This document shows, piece by piece, positions 57,463 through 64,000 of a stretch of 64,000 nucleotides of DNA. The notes under the pieces are model-generated. The model ran no database searches and was not told the DNA's origin. It saw nothing but the letters and a program-made list of their open reading frames with translations. Source of the DNA: an uncultured Nitrososphaeraceae archaeon (GTDB lineage Archaea > Thermoproteota > Nitrososphaeria > Nitrososphaerales > Nitrososphaeraceae); contig CAVXZB010000087.1 in NCBI GenBank assembly GCA_963765895.1, positions 1 through 64,000 on the forward strand, written 5' to 3'. Position numbers and translations under genes: made by a program. Position 1 is the first letter of the stretch, and every line of letters starts with the position of its first letter.

Positions 57463-57654
57463 TCAATTAGTTATGCCAGTCGTTGGACTATTAACATATT
57501 TTTTAGCTTGGTCTGTCAAATTCTTTACTAACGGTTGGCCTACATTAATTACTTTTTCAAATCCACTAAGTATGCCGGAGGAAAATATCTTCCACCCCAA
57601 CCCTATAATTGCTAAAACGACTACAACCAATAATATAATACTGAATAGACCCAT
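57463..57654 (-). CDS. Small membrane protein
   Basis: 63 aa with a single N-terminal TM helix (IIGLGWKIFSSG). Confidence 0.6.
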   Translation of the reverse strand: MGLFSIILLVVVVLAIIGLGWKIFSSGILSGFEKVINVGQPLVKNLTDQAKKYVNSPTTGITN

Positions 57655-57896
57655 AACTACATAATCTAAGACATGCCCTTAAAGGTGAAGAAATCCACAT
57701 CTGTAAAGATGTACTATAGAAATGTTCTTAAAGATTAGATCTACCGATAGTAATAAGTAAAAGATTTATCCATTCCAATAAAGTTCTTGAAGATGTATAT
57801 TATACCTTCATAGAAATGATAAAGCCTGATCATGGTCTAGTATGGTCAGGTCATAATTCCGGATTTGTAACACCCAATGTAACCGACCTAGTTAAT

Positions 57897-58369
57897 CTAT
57901 TTTCTTATTCTGTATAGATTACTATGTGACACTATCACAAGCTTGTCATCCTGTAACCGCTTGATCTGAACATCAATCGATAATATGCCATAAGTATCGG
58001 TGGGATTTCCTTCTCTTTTGTCTGAGACACGATATTCAACCTCAAGCTCATCTCCGACATAAACTTCCCTAGAAATCGCGTATTCCGATTGTTCCATTTG
58101 GTGTCTCCGTCCATTCCATAAAGTAACATAACGTTATTAGAAAATATGCCCAGTTGCGTCATCTCGCCTTCAGCACGGGCAAGTATGGCTCTACCAGGCA
58201 AAAGAGTTCCTTTGATTCCTTCTTTTTCTGCTATTTTTGGATTGGTATGTAAAATGTTTTTTACCTTTGAAAATGCAAGGTACTGATTAAATTCCTCATC
58301 ATTAATTAGGATCTTTGATTTAAATAATTGACCTGCCTTAAACTCATCAAATTTCAAATCTAACCTCAA
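57897..58369 (-). CDS. MaoC/hotdog-fold dehydratase-like protein, homopolymer frameshift at ~58068
   Basis: FDEFKAGQ...NILH...GTLLPGRAIL...TRFLGEVYVGDEL pattern. Confidence 0.7.
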
Positions 58370-58901
58370 AATTAAAGTAAGTTCTATAAATGTTTCAACA
58401 TGGGACTACTTGAGGTCATTGTTATACACTCCACTCCAAAAACACATAGATCTATGTAGGTTATTCGTATTATTAAGATATCCAGAAGTACATATCTATT
58501 TTGGTTCACAAGATTCAATCACATGATGATGCATATGTAATAGACTTACTATCCGCGAGTTGGCCACTTGACGTAGCAACCTGTATAAAACAATTTTGCA
58601 TTCTCTGGAGTGTTGTATACTATTCTAACATAACAAAGAACATTATTTGATCCTGCTAGTTTCTGAAGTTCAAGCTTTTTAGGACACTCTTTGTACTCGG
58701 TTTCCTGATCTGTGTAGATTACATGCAAACGATGATATGAATACCGTAGGGGTTCAAATACCTAGAATGTTAATGTTCTGAATATCGCCAGCTAAAAAAA
58801 AGACTTTTCATAACTTGATAATTACTACCAGGTAATACAAGTTATTTATTAGTGTCCTGAACATGATGAAAGGATAAATAACTAGGATATAGAAATGCAA
58901 A

Positions 58902-59255
58902 ATGATAATCAAAAGCCAAAGAATTAAAAAAGCAATTTTAACTGCTTTGGCTGATGATGATATGATCAAAATCCTAGATTCTGTCGGAAACCAGGCAAAG
59001 TCTGTTAGAGATATCATAAGTGAAAAAGAAATTCCCTATACGAATGCATACAGAAAGACTAAATGGCTACTTGCAGAAAAATTGCTTATAATTGATGAAA
59101 TCATAATTACACCAGATGGAAAGAAATTTAGTTTATATAGAAGTGTGTTTTCTTCAATTAATGTAAGATACGCTGGTAATGAAATAATTATAGAGGCTGA
59201 ACAAAATTTCAATCCCAGAATAAGAACAGTAGAAAGATTTTTCTCGCTGGAATAG
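58902..59255 (+). CDS. Winged-helix (ArsR-like) transcriptional regulator
   Basis: ILTALADD...KILDS...KSVRDI...IPYTNAYRK...DGKKFSLYRS. Confidence 0.85.
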   Translation: MIIKSQRIKKAILTALADDDMIKILDSVGNQAKSVRDIISEKEIPYTNAYRKTKWLLAEKLLIIDEIIITPDGKKFSLYRSVFSSINVRYAGNEIIIEAEQNFNPRIRTVERFFSLE

Positions 59256-60481
59256 GATGTATTTCAAAAATAAATAAACAAATAGAGATTATTGGCATGC
59301 CGTTACCTCTCAGAAATACACATAGCTGCTATAACAATTAATCAGGCAATACTTATTAATGTTTGAATTCTTTTGTGCGTTTAACAAAGACAATACAATA
59401 TGGATTCAAGAGAATAAGGAATTGTATTTTTTGCAAGTTTATGTACTATAAAATCTTTTAAGTTTGTAATTCGATCTCCCGCCAAAGTCCTCCTGAGTAT
59501 TTGTCCTTTAAATTGATGAAGACTTAGGCAGTTTCCGATACGGATAAGCGGTTATTTCCATTCCATATTGCATTGACTTATTCAAGAGTTAGTCAACTTA
59601 GTTGACATACTATTTCGGTAACAATAAAAGAATCCCTGAAGTACGTCTATTCGGCACTGCTAAAGGCTCGATGGACTTTGCTAAAAGATTTAGGCTTATT
59701 TACCTATTTTTCAAAAGTCGTATGTAAGCGGTAAAATCAATCTACCAAGTAATTATATGTACCGTTGTATCCGACCAATCTGGAATCAATTTTCGAAAAG
59801 CTTGGTTATTATTATTATTACTTTATTTGAAATGCAATACTCTCTTCACCTAAAGTTGGTCAAGACATAAGCTCCTATCTCAAATCTGTCTCTTTTAGAT
59901 CCAACAATTTTTCCAATCCGTCACTTCTGACTATAGTAGGAACGTTGGAGTCGATCGAGTGCGTGTCACCGATCAAAAATATCCTCAAATAGGAGTCAAC
60001 CGACTCTCGGATAGTACTGACCAAAATCCTTTTCTTTCAGTTTAGAACATTAACTTATACGAGTTTGGAGTCCTCAGTAACAAACAACGCTTGGCAATTG
60101 CTTTAGATAATTTCCTTCCTATTCGATTAATAGATTTTTCCCATCTTTCGGTTATTCTCTTTTATAATATATTTGTGGCTCAAAGGAACACAAAAGGAAA
60201 TTATCGCTTTTATTATAGAATTGGATATAGAGTTGGACTCTACGGTATATATACACGCTCATTTACTGCAGCCGTTGTATATGGCATCTAATCTCGATTC
60301 ATTGTCAAGTGATTATATTATTTAAGTATCTAATTAAAAATAATATAAATTAAAAATATACTAACGGAAGATCCCAGCTTCAAAGTTCACCTTTCTAATA
60401 ATAAATCGTGTGATAACTGGCCCAGATAACCATCCATAATACAAGAAGATTTATTTTCTTGTATTATTTGAAAATATATAT

Positions 60482-60748
60482 TTGAGTGATAAAAAAATAG
60501 AACTAGCTTTTCCGAAGTATGAAGAAGAAGACGAGGAATATATATCGAAGGGGAGGGGTCAGGATTTAATTAAGTATTTGTCCACTAGCATGGATGAAGT
60601 TACAAACTGGTTTGACAAATACCACGTAGAGTCCATCGAATTATCCATCAGTGGGGCAATGGAAACTGGTGGCATACTAAAGTTGATAGTTAGTGCAAAA
60701 GGAGAAGGAGGATTAAGGGTGACTTTAAAACCTAAGCCGAAAAATTAA
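60482..60748 (+). CDS. Small hypothetical protein, Pepco/Trypco-like
   Basis: C-terminal VESIELSISG...GGILKLIVSAKGEGGLRVTLKPK pattern; TATA-like element upstream. Confidence 0.5.
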   Translation: MSDKKIELAFPKYEEEDEEYISKGRGQDLIKYLSTSMDEVTNWFDKYHVESIELSISGAMETGGILKLIVSAKGEGGLRVTLKPKPKN

Positions 60749-61740
60749 GTACAACCGCAATAAATGCTATCAAGTGTTATTTGCACAAATGCTTAAAGGA
60801 TAGCCCTAGTGTATATTAGGGATGTCAAGATACTCATGGTTTATAATATTGCTTACAATATAATTTTATTTGACTCATGGTTGGTTGTAATTTTATAGGT
60901 CCGAAAGCATTGTTTGCATAATCCTGTAATTATATAAATTTTGTTATGTCTGAATACCTTTTCTGGACCCTAGCGTAGTTCTTGGAACTTGTAATTGGAA
61001 CATGAAGGTCACCACTCTTCAGAGGAATTGGTTGAGCTTAAACATCCATACCAGTCTCTATCGATTACTTTAAAATTTCCTCAACTAATCCAAAAATCTA
61101 TTCAACCAATCCATGTACATTTTGTGCTCCAAAGCCTGATTAAGTATCCAAGCACCCTAGATATTTTGTCAATATCTATTAGTCTACGTATTGCGATGAT
61201 CAAACGGCCAGGTCAGTTCTGTCGACTGTAAGAATAATTGCTTATTAACAAAATTTCGAAATGTGTTTTTATATTTGCTGGATTATTTGATAATAAATCC
61301 TAAAATTTTGAAACGTGGGATAGCCTGTTCCTTAGTCTTGTCCAAGATCTGGTATTTTATATTAGAAAATATGCTTTTTCATCGGATGCCAAAATCTGGA
61401 GATTGGAATCGTCCTGATGCTTTCATATAGTGTATATGCAGCAGCAACAAAGCTTTCAAAAACTCTTAATAAGTTGACTCCTATTAAATTTGCTAGTGAT
61501 TATGGGAGATCGATCAGATCCAATCACATGAGTCGTTATTGAGGTCTTTTTGTAGAGCAGGTTCATAATGCAACCATTACTTTGAACTACATACGGAGAA
61601 GAGAAAATCAAGTTCATTATACAAACAGAAAAATAAGAATCTACTATTAATACTATAAGCTGAAGAATCAGAAACAGTAGGAACTTCTAATAGAGAAATT
61701 ACCATAAACTTTATGGCTAACAGATTTAATCTTTTACTTA

Positions 61741-62355
61741 ATGATGAAGATACCTTTACTAATTGTCTCTGCATTGGCATTTGTACTGATAGGCGCAACA
61801 ATCGGACATAATTCTTATCCGATATATGCCCAAACTCCCGCCCAGCAAGGCAATAGTTCGGACTTCTCCCTTAAAGGAAATATTGCTTCTATCTTTGGCA
61901 CATTCACAGGAGGTGGTCCATTCGAAATGGATGCAAGGGACGGAAGGGTTACGAACTTTACAGCAGACATTCTCGCCGTCCATACATTTGGAAATGATAT
62001 CAGTGGAAGAGCGCATGATCATAGATTGAGTAATTTCCAGCAAGCACCTGGTACCAGGATTGAACTCAATGGGAACGATTCGGCAACGATACACGGAGTT
62101 ATGGATGTAGGATTTAATAAAAAATTAGATTTCTGGCCAAAAGTACCAACAACTATTTCAATAAGGAATGGGACGGTACTGTTCATTGTTTTTAAAGATA
62201 CCCCCAGACCATCACTAGTAAGCTCTTCTACTTCTACTCCTGCTACTGCTGCCGAACATTTTAAGAACCCAAGTGAGACACCTGACCCTCATGGATCCAC
62301 ACCTATAAAAGGATTAATTAAAACTATCTCGCGCATGACGACAAAAACAAATTAG
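61741..62355 (+). CDS. Secreted hypothetical protein (Nitrososphaeraceae beta-rich family)
   Basis: Signal peptide; LKGNIAS...FTADI...HDHRLSNF...VPTTISI...HF...PIKG. Confidence 0.7.
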   Translation: MMKIPLLIVSALAFVLIGATIGHNSYPIYAQTPAQQGNSSDFSLKGNIASIFGTFTGGGPFEMDARDGRVTNFTADILAVHTFGNDISGRAHDHRLSNFQQAPGTRIELNGNDSATIHGVMDVGFNKKLDFWPKVPTTISIRNGTVLFIVFKDTPRPSLVSSSTSTPATAAEHFKNPSETPDPHGSTPIKGLIKTISRMTTKTN

Positions 62356-62379
62356 ATATTATTAACTGAGTGATCCGAT

Positions 62380-62595
62380 ATGAAACAAAAAATAATCATA
62401 CCTACAGCCGTCATATTTTTGATATTTGTTTTGTTTTTCATCCCCACTGGGACAAAGATAACTAAGGCCGACAGCGGATGTCAGCTGCATCCTATCCCAA
62501 TCATGCCGATGATTCATATTTCATGTGCTCCTCCCAAAATTAAAAATTGCCAAGTGCCGGTTACTGGAATGGAAATTGCCGACGTCAAATGCTAA
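62380..62595 (+). CDS. Small secreted Cys/Pro-rich peptide
   Basis: Signal peptide followed by a ~40-aa mature part with 4 Cys; directly follows the previous gene. Confidence 0.5.
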   Translation: MKQKIIIPTAVIFLIFVLFFIPTGTKITKADSGCQLHPIPIMPMIHISCAPPKIKNCQVPVTGMEIADVKC

Positions 62596-62629
62596 CCACT
62601 TTATTTAATACCATCAGCTTGTTATTTTC

Positions 62630-63150
62630 TTTGAACTATCATCCATACAGCTAATGATGTAACGATACCTTTTGTGGAATTCCTCAAATAGGAATGCGCA
62701 AGAATACCCATTCGTACCATATCATTTGCATACTTCATGACAAGCTGTTTGTTGTACCTTGTTCTGACGTTTCTTTTAAGAATGCACGGGCTATTTCTAT
62801 TTAGTATCTTGTTTGCATATTATTCCGCTGCACAAGAGCTCGACATACTTTCTTAATCTAGATTTGATCCTATTATTACATCTAAATCTGATGCTTAATC
62901 GTAGATCAAGTATTGAATCATCTACTTATAATGTTACGTTGTTGTACGTGATATTTGTGAGGTCTTCATGAGCAATCTGATGAACCTTGTATCCTTTCTA
63001 TTGGTATCTGTCATTTAATTTGTAGTATGTTTTTTTCTGGATACACCATACCTTTTAGAAATACCACTCGTATCATCAATTCTCCTCTTTGTATTAGATT
63101 GAATCTTGACGATTTTTATATTGATACACTTCCTGATAACAGAAATCTAA
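62630..63150 (-). mobile_element. IS481-family transposase remnant, heavily degraded
   Basis: Minus-strand fragments ISKRYGVSRK(T)YYK, RPH, SILDLRLSIRF, NDMVRMGIL and YIISCMDDSS. Confidence 0.6.
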
Positions 63151-63334
63151 CCTATGTCCCTAAGATATAACATCATAGATGTCAGGAAGTACAATACACA
63201 TAGGAATCCAAAACATGGGAAGATGAGGTGAGATCATTATCCCATATTATTGATATTATTGATATTATTGGCACTCTTCCCTGATAAGTTAATACGATAA
63301 AGCTAAAGCTGTAAAACACCACCTACAAGATATA

Positions 63335-63995
63335 TGTTAATTTTTCAAAGGAAAAGAACTCCGCTAGATTGATCATGTATGCATTGTACCTATACAATCT
63401 AGGACTAAGTTAGTCTTAAGTACAGCAAAAGCATTAGATCCATTTGTGTAAAAAAGAAGTCATGTTGCTATGTAATATTGGTACAATTATTCATTCAAAT
63501 AAACTCTATTTGAAATGAATAAGGGTTACTGCGTTTATAACGGACGAAACTGCTACAGATTGGTTCAGATTATGCATGGTTATGGGTTGCTGTGGAATCA
63601 GTACATAAACAAATTCTTAGATTTTGTTTACATCTCAAGACATAACAATTCGCTATTTGGTGAATCATTTCTAAGAACATTAATTACGATCTGTGGTAAA
63701 CATACTGTATTATATTCAGACCTGGTCGCCTGATATCCAGAGGCATATTCTTCTCTTGGCCTTTGATACTTACATTCATTTAAAAAAGGTGTCATAGAAT
63801 GACGATACAATACTTAAAAGATAGAACAGAGAATTTTGATATCATTATCCTTGCAGGCCCAAGGGATGTCATAATCTGTTCATGTATACAATTGGACGAG
63901 TGTACTTGTGTTATGTATAATTCAAACATTCAGCATATAAAATTTATGACTCTTGTATAATTGATGAGAGATGAGGAGGCTTAACTTAATAGGAA
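63335..63995 (+). mobile_element. IS6-family transposase pseudogene
   Basis: RTPLD..MYALYLYNLGLS, AFITDET, LWVAVESVHKQIL, ISRHNNSLFGESFL, YPEA and KDRTENFD fragments with stops and frameshifts. Confidence 0.75.
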
Positions 63996-64000
63996 TGACA

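Noticed and set aside
58747-58765. GGTTCAAAT T-loop-like sequence as a tRNA fragment or att site
   Set aside because: The stem pairs poorly and the flanks do not match the 3' end of tRNA-Gly.

Overview
AT-rich archaeal chromosomal window, very probably from a soil ammonia-oxidising archaeon (Nitrososphaeraceae, Thaumarchaeota). This rests on archaeal RadA, TFB, Cdc48/Hsp20, TruD and XPB, poly-Asn tracts, paralogous patatins, stand-alone receiver domains, a P-II paralogue and thaumarchaeal-type IS6 remnants. The left ~35 kb is accessory and decayed: restriction-modification remnants, an MFS/MarR pair, an ISH1-group IS5 element inserted in a DUF1080 gene, DUF5996, hsp20-cdc48, a Cache protein, two patatins, a TrxB-like oxidoreductase and many zinc-finger microproteins. 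The right part is more core-like: radA-truD, a CUT1 sugar ABC transporter, pstSCAB-phoU, tfb, tRNA-Gly(CCC), an AbrB-PhoU regulator and xpb, ending in IS481 and IS6 remnants. Two signals stand out. (1) A 10-bp-phased CTAYATAG-type repeat occurs upstream of pstS, pstC, pstB, the AbrB-PhoU regulator and a MaoC-like gene, a candidate thaumarchaeal Pho box. (2) Many single-base frameshifts, including in housekeeping genes such as cdc48, fall on GTAC or AGCT sites, which suggests long-read basecalling errors at methylated motifs rather than true pseudogenes. No CRISPR array or rRNA was seen. All family assignments come from motif recognition by eye; no database search was run.
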